64,000 nt of DNA from positions 4,825,834-4,889,833 of the forward strand of contig CBDFJQ010000002.1 in assembly GCA_965248575.1 (NCBI GenBank), read 5' to 3'. The notes below the pieces were generated by a model. That model did no database searches, was not told the DNA's origin, and worked only from the letters and a program-made list of their open reading frames with translations. Shown piece after piece: positions 9,112 to 19,500 of the stretch (position 1 is the first letter of the stretch; the number at the start of each line of letters is the position of its first letter). Origin of the DNA: Planctomycetota bacterium. Lineage in GTDB: Bacteria; Planctomycetota; B15-G4. Position numbers and translations under genes: made by a program.

Positions 9112-9783
9112 ATGCCAACCGCTGAAACCAAGCCGTCCCTGCAGCGCCCGCGCCAGCTGCGCAGCCAGGCCTCCATGGATCGGGTTCTTGCCGCCACGGA
9201 GGAGCTGCTGGCCGACCGCCTGTTCGAGGAGCTCACTCTGACTGAGATCCTGGCCCGGGCCCGGGTTTCGGTGGGGGCGTTCTATGCCCGCTTTGGCAGT
9301 CGCGAGGGTCTCGTCTCTCCACTGCACGACCGCTACGACGAACGGCTGGCCCAGCTGACGGCGCGAGTCTTTGATCTGGAGCGGTGGCGGGAAGTCCCGC
9401 TCGAGGAACGCGTTCGGCGGCTCGTGCGCTACGGGCTTGTCGCCTACCGCCGCAACCGAGGCTTGCTGCGTGCGCTGGTGCTCGAGTGGCGCCTGCACCC
9501 AGAGCGCATCACCGACGAGCAGCGGCTGAAGCGCGAAGAGTTCTATGAGCGTGTGGCCGCGACGCTTGTGGGTGACGGCAGCGAGATCACCCATCCCGAC
9601 CCCTTGGCGGCCGCGCGCTTCGTGTTCCTGACCTACGGTGCCATCTGCCGTGAGCTGCTACTCGAGGGGCGCTCCTCGCTTCCGCTGCCGTCTGCCTTCG
9701 GAGGCAACGACCGCGCGCTCGGCGAGGAGCTGACGCGCAACATCATGGGGCACCTTGCAGGAAGCCCGTATCCCGGCATCTAG
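9112..9783 (+). CDS. TetR/AcrR family transcriptional regulator
   Basis: N-terminal HTH: FEELTLTEILARARVSVGAFYARFGSREGL. Confidence 0.92.
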   Translation: MPTAETKPSLQRPRQLRSQASMDRVLAATEELLADRLFEELTLTEILARARVSVGAFYARFGSREGLVSPLHDRYDERLAQLTARVFDLERWREVPLEERVRRLVRYGLVAYRRNRGLLRALVLEWRLHPERITDEQRLKREEFYERVAATLVGDGSEITHPDPLAAARFVFLTYGAICRELLLEGRSSLPLPSAFGGNDRALGEELTRNIMGHLAGSPYPGI

Positions 9784-9827
9784 CTGCGGGCAGTTTGATC
9801 GATCCGTTTCCCTCCTAGGCACCCGTC

Positions 9828-11045
9828 ATGGCTACCGTTTTCTCTCGTGTAGACGACTGCGTGTTCGTCGTCCTGCTGAGTCTTGTCCTTTCTTCGGGTG
9901 CTATCGCTGCTCAAGAACCCACCCTCTTGGTCGCTGGGTACACGAGCGGGGCGGTGCACGCATTTGCGCCTGATGGGGTCTCACTGGGGACGCTCGGTTC
10001 GGCTCCCGGCGCCCAGTCCATGCGCTATGGCCCCGATGGGAATCTCTACGTGTGCGCCGAGGAGCAACCCGCCGTTCTGCGCTTTGATGGGCAGACCGGC
10101 GCTGCCCTGGGGCCCTTCGTCTTCGATGACCCCCTGACGCCCATCGACGAGACGGGTGGCTTGCGCAAACCCGTCGCGGCGGTGTTCGGCCGGGATGGGA
10201 TGCTCTATGTGGCCTCCTTCCAAGACGACGCCGTGCTGCGCTATGACGGAGTCACTGGCGCCTACATCGACGACTTCATCCCGTCCGGGACCGGGGCCAT
10301 CAACGGGCCCGACGCGGGCATGGACTTTGGGCCGGACGGCCACCTCTACATCCCGAGTTTCAACAACAACCGTGTGCTGCGTTATCACGGCAAGACGGGC
10401 AACCCGCTTGGCGCCTTCGTGCCTCAGAGCCTGACCATCTCGCGACCGCGTTCCCTTCGTTGGCGTGGTGATGGCGTGCTGTATGTGGCGAGCTGGGGCA
10501 ACAACCGCATCCTGCGTTATGACCTCTCCGGAAACTTTCTCGGCATCTTCGCCACACCTGCGCGGCCGACCGGGATCGCCTTCGGCCCTGGGGGCCACGT
10601 TTATGTGACGAGCGATCAGTCCAGTCGGGTGCTCATGTATCACGGTACGACAGGCGCCCCGCTCGGCGAGTTCGGAGATGTGCCTGGCGCTGGCGTGGTC
10701 GCCGCGACCTATCTCGAATGGCTTCCCAACCCCGAGTTGCGCTTCCAGCGCCCATGGCCGGGCACGGCGGGTGTCTCGAATACCTACGGCATCACGAACG
10801 CCACTCCCAACGGACAGCTCTTCCTGGCGCTGGGCGTCGCTCCGGCTTCTCTTCCGTTCAGTTGCCCGAACACCTGGTTCGGGGTCGACATCAGTCAGGT
10901 CTTCCTGGTGACAGCGGATGCAGCTGGCGCCTACTCGAACACTGTGCCGGTGGACGCAGCCGCAGTGGGGCTCAAGTTGGTGCTCCAAGCGTATGACCCC
11001 GCGGGCGCATGCCTCAGCAACCTTGTGCTCACCACATTCAACTGA
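9828..11045 (+). CDS. Secreted NHL/Vgb-like beta-propeller protein with a C-terminal beta domain
   Basis: Signal peptide; repeated (F/Y)GPDGxLYV...VLRYDGxTG blades. Confidence 0.85.
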   Translation: MATVFSRVDDCVFVVLLSLVLSSGAIAAQEPTLLVAGYTSGAVHAFAPDGVSLGTLGSAPGAQSMRYGPDGNLYVCAEEQPAVLRFDGQTGAALGPFVFDDPLTPIDETGGLRKPVAAVFGRDGMLYVASFQDDAVLRYDGVTGAYIDDFIPSGTGAINGPDAGMDFGPDGHLYIPSFNNNRVLRYHGKTGNPLGAFVPQSLTISRPRSLRWRGDGVLYVASWGNNRILRYDLSGNFLGIFATPARPTGIAFGPGGHVYVTSDQSSRVLMYHGTTGAPLGEFGDVPGAGVVAATYLEWLPNPELRFQRPWPGTAGVSNTYGITNATPNGQLFLALGVAPASLPFSCPNTWFGVDISQVFLVTADAAGAYSNTVPVDAAAVGLKLVLQAYDPAGACLSNLVLTTFN

Positions 11046-11171
11046 GGGCGTCGAGAACCGGTCCGCTGCGGCTCAGGGTGTGTTGGCCATCCAGGCCCCG
11101 AAGGGCGATGTCGACACCATCTTTCGGTTCGCCCCAAAGGGGGCGGGCACAAGCGAGTCGGCCCTCGCTGC

Positions 11172-12197
11172 TCAGGTGTTCGCCGGATCGAGCTCGAGTT
11201 CGAGGCTCATGAAGGCGCTGTCGATGCGTCGCAGCTGCTCGGTCTCCAGTCGTAGCGATCCTGCCGCGGCGTTCTCGGCGACTTGCTGCGGGTTGCGCGC
11301 ACCCACCAAGGCGGCGGTGATCCCTGCTTGCTGCACGGTCCAAGCGATGACCGTTTGCGCCAAGCTGGCATCCAGGGTCCCTGCAATGGGGGCTACTGAC
11401 TCGGCCAGCACCGCGTTGACCCGACGGCGGTTCTCGTCGCGGAAGGTCGCACGATGGTTACGGCCTTCGCCAGTCGCGAAGCTTCGCTCCGCCGGCACCT
11501 TTCCCGTGAGCAGCCCTTGTTCCAATGGTGAGTAGACCACGACGCCCACGTCGTGGTCGCGGCACCACGGCAAGACGTCCGCTTCGGCCTCCCGCGCCAC
11601 CAGGCTGTACTTGGGTTGATCACTGGCGAGGGGGATGTTTCCCAGCGCTTGCTGTGCCTCGGCCATCTGCTCGGGCGAGTAGTTGCTGACGCCAATGGCA
11701 CCGAGCTTTCCCTCGGCCATCAACTCGGTCAGGGCACCCATCGTGTCAGCGATCGGCGTGCTCCCATCCGGCCAGTGCACCTGGACGAGGTCCAGATGGT
11801 CGACCTTCATTCGGGTCAGGCTGCGCTCCACTTCCTCGCGCACGGAGGCCGGCCGGCTGTTCTTGAAGAGTCGGAAGGGCGTCCCATCCTCGCTGACCGA
11901 TTCGAGCAGCAGTTCGCCCCCGTCCTCGGTATCCCAACGCAGGCCGACCTTGGTCATGAGTGTCACCTTGTTCCGTCGGCCTGCGACGGCCCGTCCCACC
12001 ACCTCCTCGGAGTGGCCGAGCCCGTACACCGGTGCCGTGTCGATGGCATCCATGCCGAGCTCGATCCCTTGGCGGATGGCGGTGATGGCGAGCTCGTCAT
12101 CGCTCGCGCCCCAGTAGCCGGTGCCGCCCAGGGCCCATGCTCCAAAGACGACCACGGGCAGCTCGAGGTCGGTGCGGCCAAGACGTCGACGTTGCAT
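11172..12197 (-). CDS. Aldo/keto reductase
   Basis: RRLGRTDL, IDTAPVYGLGHSEEVVG, TKVG, DLVQVHWPD, IGVSNY, YSPLEQGLLTGK. Confidence 0.95.
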   Translation of the reverse strand: MQRRRLGRTDLELPVVVFGAWALGGTGYWGASDDELAITAIRQGIELGMDAIDTAPVYGLGHSEEVVGRAVAGRRNKVTLMTKVGLRWDTEDGGELLLESVSEDGTPFRLFKNSRPASVREEVERSLTRMKVDHLDLVQVHWPDGSTPIADTMGALTELMAEGKLGAIGVSNYSPEQMAEAQQALGNIPLASDQPKYSLVAREAEADVLPWCRDHDVGVVVYSPLEQGLLTGKVPAERSFATGEGRNHRATFRDENRRRVNAVLAESVAPIAGTLDASLAQTVIAWTVQQAGITAALVGARNPQQVAENAAAGSLRLETEQLRRIDSAFMSLELELDPANT

Positions 12198-12422
12198 GCA
12201 GGACTCCGTGCGCGGGGGCTGGCGACGGCTTGGATTGTGGGGATGTCGCATCGGCTGTCCAGGCACGATTCGCAGGCGCTGAACAAACGCCTGTCGGTCA
12301 GCACAATCTAGAACTCGCGGCCCCGCTCTTTCTAGGAAGCGGTGTATCCTCCCCCGTCCATCGCATCACCTGCACTCGCTGTCGGTCAGCTTCCGATCGA
12401 TGGTCACCCCCGGATCCACACC

Positions 12423-14081
12423 ATGACGACTGCGCCCCTGCGCTCCCTGTCCCTGGCGTTCTTGCTCGCCGCCACTCCGCTCACCGCTGCGGGCACCCTT
12501 TTCGTTGACGCAAATCTGCTGGTCGGTGCCAACGACGGCAGCACTTGGGGTGACGCCTTCCAAGGGTCGTCCGGTTTGCAGCTGGCGCTGGCTGCGGCCG
12601 TTTCGGGCGACGAGGTCTTCGTCGCTCAGGGGGTGTATCTGCCGAGCGCTGTGGGAACGCGGACCGATGCCTTCGCACTCAAGAACGGTGTGGCGATCTA
12701 CGGCTCCTTCGCAGGGGGAGAGGCCAGCCCGGCTGAGCGGCCTCCTTTTGGCAGCGCGGACAGCATCCTCTCGGGCGACCTCAACGGCGATGACGGGCTC
12801 TCGTTGTTCGGCGACAACAGCTTCCACCTCATCACCACAGCGGGAACCAACGCCACAGCGGTCATCGATGGTTTTGTCGTGACCAGCGGCAACGCCAACT
12901 CCGGGGCGGGGAACCGCGATCGGGGGGCCGGCATCATCTGCTTGGGGGCGGTGTCCCCGACCGTCCGCAGCTGTCGCTTCATCGCCAATCGGTGCACCTT
13001 TGGCGGTGCTGCTGGATACATCAACAACGGTGGTGCGCCGACCTTCACGTCCTGCACCTTCGAGGACGGGCAGGGCGGCTCCTTCGGCGGGGCCTTCGAC
13101 ATTGCGGGCGGCGGGGTCGTGCGCTTTGATCGTTGTCTCTTCCGGGGCAACACGGCTGCCCGCGCGGGAGCCCTGGAGATCTTCTCGTCCACGGGGCCCA
13201 TCGTCAGCGGTTGTGTCTTCGTCGACAACACGGCGACGGGAGGCAGCGGCGGCGGCGCCATCTGGGTCGGGTCCGGAGGGAGCTCACGGGTGCGCAACTG
13301 CACGATCGTTTCCAATCAGGCGACCAATCAGTCGGCCGGTGGAATCCGCAACCAGGGCGCGTCGAACTTCCGGGTGGACAACTCGATTCTCTGGGACAAC
13401 ACGGGCGTGGGCGGCGGGCAGGGCCCTGGCAACCAGGTGACCAACGGCAGCCAGGTGTTCCACAGCCTGGTGCAAGGCGGTTTCCCTGGGACGGGCAACG
13501 TCGGCGGCGATCCCCTCTTCTTGGACGCGGCCGCGCTCGATTTCACACCCGCTGAAACATCGCCCGTCGTGGATGCCGGCGACAACACACAGGTGTTGGC
13601 TGGCACCACCCTGGACTTCCAGGGCGGAGCGCGCTTCACGGACGTGCTGATCGTGGCCGACACCGGTGTCGGCCCGGCTCCCGTGCTGGACATGGGAGCG
13701 GTCGAGTTCCCTTCCGCCTGGTCAGACCTCGGCGGCGGACTGGCGGGGACGCTTGGGGCACCGGAGTTGGTCATGAGCGGCTCGCTCGAGAGCCTCAGCT
13801 CCAACCTGGCCACCTTGAGCAACGCCGCGCCCAGCGCCTTCAGCGTTGTCTTCGCAGGCTTCTCGCTGGTCAACCTGCCTCTTGAAGGCGGCGTGCTCCT
13901 GCCTGCTCCCGATGTCGTGCGCTTCTTCTTCACGGACGGTTCGGGCAGTCTCAATCTGCCCTTCACCTGGCCCGCTGGCTCACCGCCCGGGCTCGACTCC
14001 TACTACCAGATCTGGGTGGAAGACGCGGGTGCCCCCTTCGCCTATGCGGCGAGCAATGGGGTGCAGGGGACGACGCCTTAG
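12423..14081 (+). CDS. Secreted right-handed beta-helix (pectin-lyase-fold) protein with a C-terminal domain
   Basis: Signal peptide; DGSTWGDAF, VAQGVY, repeated FxxN-x-A-x-x-GGA(I), SPVVDAG...DMGAVE. Confidence 0.85.
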   Translation: MTTAPLRSLSLAFLLAATPLTAAGTLFVDANLLVGANDGSTWGDAFQGSSGLQLALAAAVSGDEVFVAQGVYLPSAVGTRTDAFALKNGVAIYGSFAGGEASPAERPPFGSADSILSGDLNGDDGLSLFGDNSFHLITTAGTNATAVIDGFVVTSGNANSGAGNRDRGAGIICLGAVSPTVRSCRFIANRCTFGGAAGYINNGGAPTFTSCTFEDGQGGSFGGAFDIAGGGVVRFDRCLFRGNTAARAGALEIFSSTGPIVSGCVFVDNTATGGSGGGAIWVGSGGSSRVRNCTIVSNQATNQSAGGIRNQGASNFRVDNSILWDNTGVGGGQGPGNQVTNGSQVFHSLVQGGFPGTGNVGGDPLFLDAAALDFTPAETSPVVDAGDNTQVLAGTTLDFQGGARFTDVLIVADTGVGPAPVLDMGAVEFPSAWSDLGGGLAGTLGAPELVMSGSLESLSSNLATLSNAAPSAFSVVFAGFSLVNLPLEGGVLLPAPDVVRFFFTDGSGSLNLPFTWPAGSPPGLDSYYQIWVEDAGAPFAYAASNGVQGTTP

Positions 14082-14150
14082 CAGGACGCAGCCAGGCGGG
14101 GCAGGCTGATCCGGCGACGCAATCCCTCAGCCCGTTAGCCCGAGAGCCCG

Positions 14151-15584
14151 TTAGCGAGTCGGGCTGAGCCCCCTGAGGAAGAGGTCGCGCGCGCCATTTC
14201 CGTCGCCTGCAACGAGGTTGCTCCCGAGGCTTCCGAACAGCAGGAGGGAGCCGTCGGCCGACAAGCTCGGCGAGTCACTGTCCGCATTGGCCTGGCCCTG
14301 GGCGCTGCTGCGGCTGTGACAGCTGGTCTTCCCGGTGTTGAGGTCATGCACGAAGACGTCGGTGACGCCGTTGATGTCCGTCGGCACGAGGTTTGGGGCC
14401 CCGCTGGCAAATGCGATCCTCCGGCCGTCTTCCGAGATGGCCGGCAGGATGCTCCCTCCCGAGGCTTCGCTTCCGTCGGACGCCACGCTCACACGAGTCG
14501 TGAGGCCCGTCAGGTGGTCGTGGACGAAGATGTCGCTGACCCAGTTGTTGTCAGGAAAGGCCAGGTTGTAGGCCTGGCTGGCGAAGGCAACATAGCGACC
14601 ATCGGGGGTGATGGCTGGCCGCGTGGAGCAGTCACCGTGAGCGAACTCACCCAACGAGTTCTTGCTGGCGTGCCACGTTTCGTTGGTGTCGGCGTCGTGC
14701 ACGAAGATGTAGTGGTACACGCCCAGGACCTCGTTCACGAGGTTGTTGGCCCGTGTGGAGTAGGCCACGAAGCGGCCCGTGGCGGAGATGTCCGGGCTGT
14801 GGCTCGCTGCAATGCCACCGAAGCCCGCCGGGTCTTGGCTCACCCGCCGTGTGAGCCCCGTCGAGCTGTCATGCACGAAGATGTCCTGTTGGCCGTTGGC
14901 GTCGTTGTCGACCAGGTTGTCCGCCCAGCTGGAGAAGGCGATGTGACGCCCATCAGCGGAGACGGCTGCGTCGGTGCTGGCCGCGTTGCCTGCCAGGCCG
15001 GACGAGCTCTTGCTGACGCGAGAGATGCCACCGGAGAAGCGGTCGAAGAGGAACACGTCGAGGGTGCTGGGGGTGTCGCCGGGAACGAGGTTGCTGGCCC
15101 AGCTGTCGAAGGCGACGAACCGCCCGTCGGCTGAGACGTCGAGGGTCGTGCCTGAGGTGTCGTTGGCCGGTTGTCCCAGGGCGTCATGGGAGACGAGCAG
15201 GATCTCGCCCGTGGTGATGTTGCGCAAGAAGACGTCGCGGACGCCCGCAATATCAGGGCTCAGCAAGTTGCTCGCGACGCTAGAGAATGCGACCCATTGG
15301 CCGTCGTCGGAGAGGGTGCCCGCGTCGGTTGAAGAATCGGCCTCCTGCAGCGACGAGCCGAGATTCACGCGCAGCAGTTGGGGCATAGCGATGGTGCCGT
15401 GCTGTGCGCTGCGACCCTGAATCCCGGAGCCTGGAGACGTGGGCTGGGCGCCTGGCCAGGCGCCGCTCGGAAGCCCCTGCCCGGAAGCCAACGGTGCGGT
15501 TCCCAGGAAGACCCCAACTACGACCGCGGCGAGGGTGAGGGAGAGCCGAAGCGGAGAGTGTTCAGGGCTGGCAGGGTGCGTCAT
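14151..15584 (-). CDS. Secreted TolB-like/PD40 beta-propeller protein
   Basis: Repeats of SADGRFVAFxSxASNLVxxDxNxxxDVF; start moved to MTHPAS. Confidence 0.88.
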   Translation of the reverse strand: MTHPASPEHSPLRLSLTLAAVVVGVFLGTAPLASGQGLPSGAWPGAQPTSPGSGIQGRSAQHGTIAMPQLLRVNLGSSLQEADSSTDAGTLSDDGQWVAFSSVASNLLSPDIAGVRDVFLRNITTGEILLVSHDALGQPANDTSGTTLDVSADGRFVAFDSWASNLVPGDTPSTLDVFLFDRFSGGISRVSKSSSGLAGNAASTDAAVSADGRHIAFSSWADNLVDNDANGQQDIFVHDSSTGLTRRVSQDPAGFGGIAASHSPDISATGRFVAYSTRANNLVNEVLGVYHYIFVHDADTNETWHASKNSLGEFAHGDCSTRPAITPDGRYVAFASQAYNLAFPDNNWVSDIFVHDHLTGLTTRVSVASDGSEASGGSILPAISEDGRRIAFASGAPNLVPTDINGVTDVFVHDLNTGKTSCHSRSSAQGQANADSDSPSLSADGSLLLFGSLGSNLVAGDGNGARDLFLRGLSPTR

Positions 15585-15718
15585 CGACGATCTCGGTGAT
15601 GGCCTCGCTGGTCTGCTCGGCACAGGGGCTGCCTTGGAGGGACGATTGAGGCCGGCTTGGTCCCAGAGCTCCGTGAGCAGGGGCTCTCAGGGATCAGCGT
15701 CGTGGCACGCTCACCGTT

Positions 15719-16432
15719 TCAGCTCCTTCTGGAGATTCCCGTGAGATTCCTGGGGGACGCCGATGCGGCTGCTGGCGCGCCTGCCGGAGCGGCAGCTCCC
15801 GGTTGCTCGAGCAGGGTGGCCATGCGAGCCAAGGCGCGAGAGAGCAGGGTGCGCGTGGCCGCAGGCGAGCGCTCCATGGCCTGTGCCACCTCATCATGGG
15901 GGAGGTTCTGGACCCGTGCCAACAAGATCACGCGCCGATAGTCCTCTGGGAGCAGGCTGAAGGCTTCTTCGGCACGGGCCAGTTCCTCACGCGCGGACGC
16001 GTGGCGGCTGGGGGTGCAGAAGGTGCGCAACTGGCTCAGCAGCTCCACGTCTTCGTCGCGCTCCCGGGCGAGGATGGCCGTGACGGGGCCCGCCTCGCGG
16101 TCGCCCGTGCGGCGCTCCCGGCTCCAGTAACGCCCCCGATCGCGAATCTTGTTCTCGGCCTGCCTGAACAGCCAATTGCGGAAGCTGTCGGGCCCTCGAT
16201 ACTCGAAGCGGGGTAGGCCTTCGAGGGCTTCTCGGCAGACCGACTGCACGAGGTCGAGGCTGGAGTCGTGATGGCGCAGACGCCGGCCGAGCCGCAGTCG
16301 TACGAAAGCGCGTAGCCCCGCGAGGTGCGACTCCATGAGGTCGTTGCACGCACCCTGATCGCCAGCGACGGCATTCTGAAGCAGTTGCTGGACCGGGACG
16401 ACGTTTGCAGATTCGTTGGTGGAACGAGTCAT
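15719..16432 (-). CDS. ECF sigma factor, kinase-associated type
   Basis: LRAFVRLRLG..DSSLDLVQS, FRNWL, TPSRHAS, LPEDYRRVILL..EVAQAMERSPAA..LLSRAL; divergent from a Ser/Thr kinase. Confidence 0.9.
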   Translation of the reverse strand: MTRSTNESANVVPVQQLLQNAVAGDQGACNDLMESHLAGLRAFVRLRLGRRLRHHDSSLDLVQSVCREALEGLPRFEYRGPDSFRNWLFRQAENKIRDRGRYWSRERRTGDREAGPVTAILARERDEDVELLSQLRTFCTPSRHASAREELARAEEAFSLLPEDYRRVILLARVQNLPHDEVAQAMERSPAATRTLLSRALARMATLLEQPGAAAPAGAPAAASASPRNLTGISRRS

Positions 16433-16504
16433 GGAGCGACAGCATACAGCGTTCCCGGAGACCCGTTAGGATCACCGAAGGACGCACTCTCATCGAGGCC
16501 AGCG

Positions 16505-19500
16505 GTGGACAACAGTGAACCCTCAAGCTCCGAGGAGCAGACGGCGGATGTGTTTGAACGGCTCTTGGCGGAGTGCATAGACGGGTGGTCGAGCGAGGGA
16601 AGCGCGGCCGTCGAGTCCGTGTGCGCGCAACACCCCGGGCTGGCCTCGCGGCTTCGGGACCGGCTCGCAGACCTGCAACGGCTCGGGCTCTTGGGAGAGG
16701 AGCAGGCCCCGGAGGCCATCGGGCCGTATCGGATCCTCGGCCCCCTGGGCCAGGGCGGCATGAGTGTCGTGTATCTGGCATGGGATGAGCAGCTAGGGAA
16801 ACGGGTCGCTCTCAAGGCCAGTCGCACACCGCTGTCCAGCGACGACCGAAGCCGTGCGCGCTTCCGGCAGGAGATCTCTGCCATCACGTCGCTCGACCAC
16901 AAAGGCATCGTGCCTTTGTTGGAGGTAGGGGAAGCCGAGGGGCGGCCCTACTTCACCATGGAGTTTGTTCCGGGAGCGACCCTGGCTCAACTCGTCGAGC
17001 GGTTGCTCGCATCCGGTCAAAGCCCCGTGGATGTCAGCGGTGCGACGATCGCCACCATGGTGGGCGAGCTGGGACGGCGCGTGCTTGGCGACAAGCCTCT
17101 GCCCCAGAACGACGCCGTCTGGCCGGCGACCTGGATCGAGGCCGTGGTCCGCTGGATGCTTGAAGTGGCCGAGGCCCTGGAGCATGCGCACGCGCGCCAG
17201 GTCATCCATCGCGACGTGAAGCCATCCAATGTGTTGGTCTCGGTCGAAGGGTGTGCGCGCCTGTTCGACATGGGCCTCGCGAGGCTTGGAGATGCGCCGG
17301 GCCTCACTCGTTCCGGCGACTTCACTGGCACGCCCTACTATGTGTCGCCCGAGCAGCTGGGTGGTCACTTGAAGGACGTGGACCAGCGCACGGACATCTT
17401 CTCGCTCGGTGTGACGCTCTACGAGTTGCTGACGTTCCGTCGGCCGTTCGACGGTCCGTCCACGGCGCATGTCTTCCGGCAGATCATGGACAAGGACCCC
17501 GCCATGCCGCGGCGTCTGGAGCCGCGCTTGCCGCCGGACCTGGAGACGATCTGCCTGACGGCCCTGGAGAAGAACCCGGAAGCTCGCTATCAGTCCATGC
17601 ATGACCTGGCCGCGGACCTGCGACGCTTCCTGGAGTTTCGACCCGTGCGTGCGCGTCCGGTGGGTTGGTTTCGGCGTGGCGTCCGCTTCATGCGCCGAAG
17701 TCCGGCACGGGCGACTGCCGCCTTGTTGGCCCTGTTCGTCGTTGTGGGGCTTCCCGCTGGTCTGGTCTGGGCGAACCGCGCCATTGCCGATGAACGCGAT
17801 CTGGCGGAGACGAGTGCGGCCGAAGCAACCCTTCAGGCGGAGTTGAGCGCTCGTGTGACCCGCTTCGTGGTGGATCTCTTCGAGTTGACGCCAAAGGACC
17901 AGGAGCGTGCGGAATCCGTGACGGCGCGGGAGATCCTTGACCGAGGCGCCGCGGTGATTCCGACGGGGTTCGAGGACCAGCCGCTGCACCGCGCGGCGCT
18001 CATGCGTGCCAGCGGGCGGGTCTACCGGAACATGGGCTTGTTCCAGCGTGCGCTCCCCTTGTTGGACCGGGCTTACGCCATCTATCAGCGCGAGCGAGGC
18101 GTGGATGAGCTGGAGACGATCTCCCTGCTGGCGGAGTTGGCCGAGGTCCATTGGCGGGTGGGTGGCCGCGAAGCGAGCCTGGCCCTGTGTGTCAGGAGCC
18201 TTGAGGGCTTCGAGCGCGCAGGCCATGGCGATCACGAACTGGCCGTGCGCTGCCGCATGACGTTCGCAGCCGTCTCGTCCGAGCTGGGTCGGCCGGCCGA
18301 GGCAGAGCGTGCCTTGCAGGCGGCCCTGGATCTGCGGAGCGAGGTGGGCGACGAGGACTCCCTGCTCGTTGCGGATCTCTCCGAAGAACTGGGGGTCCTG
18401 TTGGCGTCGGAGGGAAACCTGGCTGAGGCACGCCGATGGCTGGGACGCTCGCTCGACATTCGCCGGGCTTCCTGGGTCCCCAACCCTGGTGCAATTGCCG
18501 GTGTGCTGGAGCAGTTGGCCACGGTTCACCGGGATCTGGGTGATGAGCAGGGCGCGCAAGATCTCGGTGCGCAGGCCGGCTCCTTGCGTTCGGGGGTCGC
18601 GCGGCAGCTGGCCGCCGTGGGGGAGGCGACCACCGTGCGCTTGCCGGGCCAGGCTCCCGAGGGTCCCTTCGCCCTGCGCCCCATCGTCCAAGATGCCTTT
18701 GACGCCCGGTTCCAGGAGGGGGTCACGGCGCTGCAGTCAGGGGATGACGCCGAGTCCGTGCTGGCCTTCACGAAGTGCCTCGAGTTGAAGCCGGGGCATC
18801 CTGTCAGCGCCTACAACCTGGCTTGCAGCCACGCTCTGGCTGGGCGCGTCGAGCTGGCCCTCGACTGGATCGGCAAGGCCGTAGACGCAGGCTTTGGATT
18901 CCTGAGCGATGGCCCGAGGGTGCTGGAGAAGGACCCAGATCTCGAACCGCTTCGTCACGAACGCCGGTGGCGCGACCACCTGGAACGCATGCATCGGGAG
19001 CGGGCGGCCGCAGTGGGCTATGCAGCCAGCCCTGCGCTCTACGTGCCTCCTGCTTTGCAGGGCAAGGCTTCCTGGCCGCTGCTCGTGGTGCTTCATGCCC
19101 ACGGCTCCACGAAGGATTCGGTGGTGCAGGGCCGCTGGCGCCGCGTTGCCGACGAGCTCGGCTTCGCACTTCTGGCTCCATCGGCGAGCTTGCCGGTGGC
19201 ACGGTCTGTGGAGCAGGGGATGCAGTGGTTCCAGGAAGTGGATGACTTCCTGGAGCAACCCTGGTCGTTCGAGATGCCAGTGATCGAGGGGCTTCGGAAC
19301 TTCCTGGACCAGGGGACCGTGGATCTCGAACGCGTGTTCATCGCGGGGGAGGGGCACGGTTCACTCTTGGCGGCGGATCTTGCCCTGACAGCTCCAGGGC
19401 TCTTCCGTGGATTGCTCGTGGCCAACGGCCCGATCGTCCCGGAGGTCGCTTGGCAACGGACGCTGCTTGCGTCGAGCCTGGGCTTGAGTGTCCGCGTTGT

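Noticed and set aside
12308-12335. CTAGAA-N16-TTCTAG resembling the TetR operator half-sites
   Set aside because: The spacer is 16 nt rather than 12 and GC-rich without the central GAATTC; likely coincidental
14126-14168. 11-bp direct repeat AGCCCGTTAGC and a 9-bp inverted repeat at a convergent gene junction
   Set aside because: Too short and single-copy; no transposase or target-site context
14151-15400. Repetitive DNA that might be a CRISPR or tandem array
   Set aside because: Degenerate protein-level propeller repeats with no identical repeat-spacer structure
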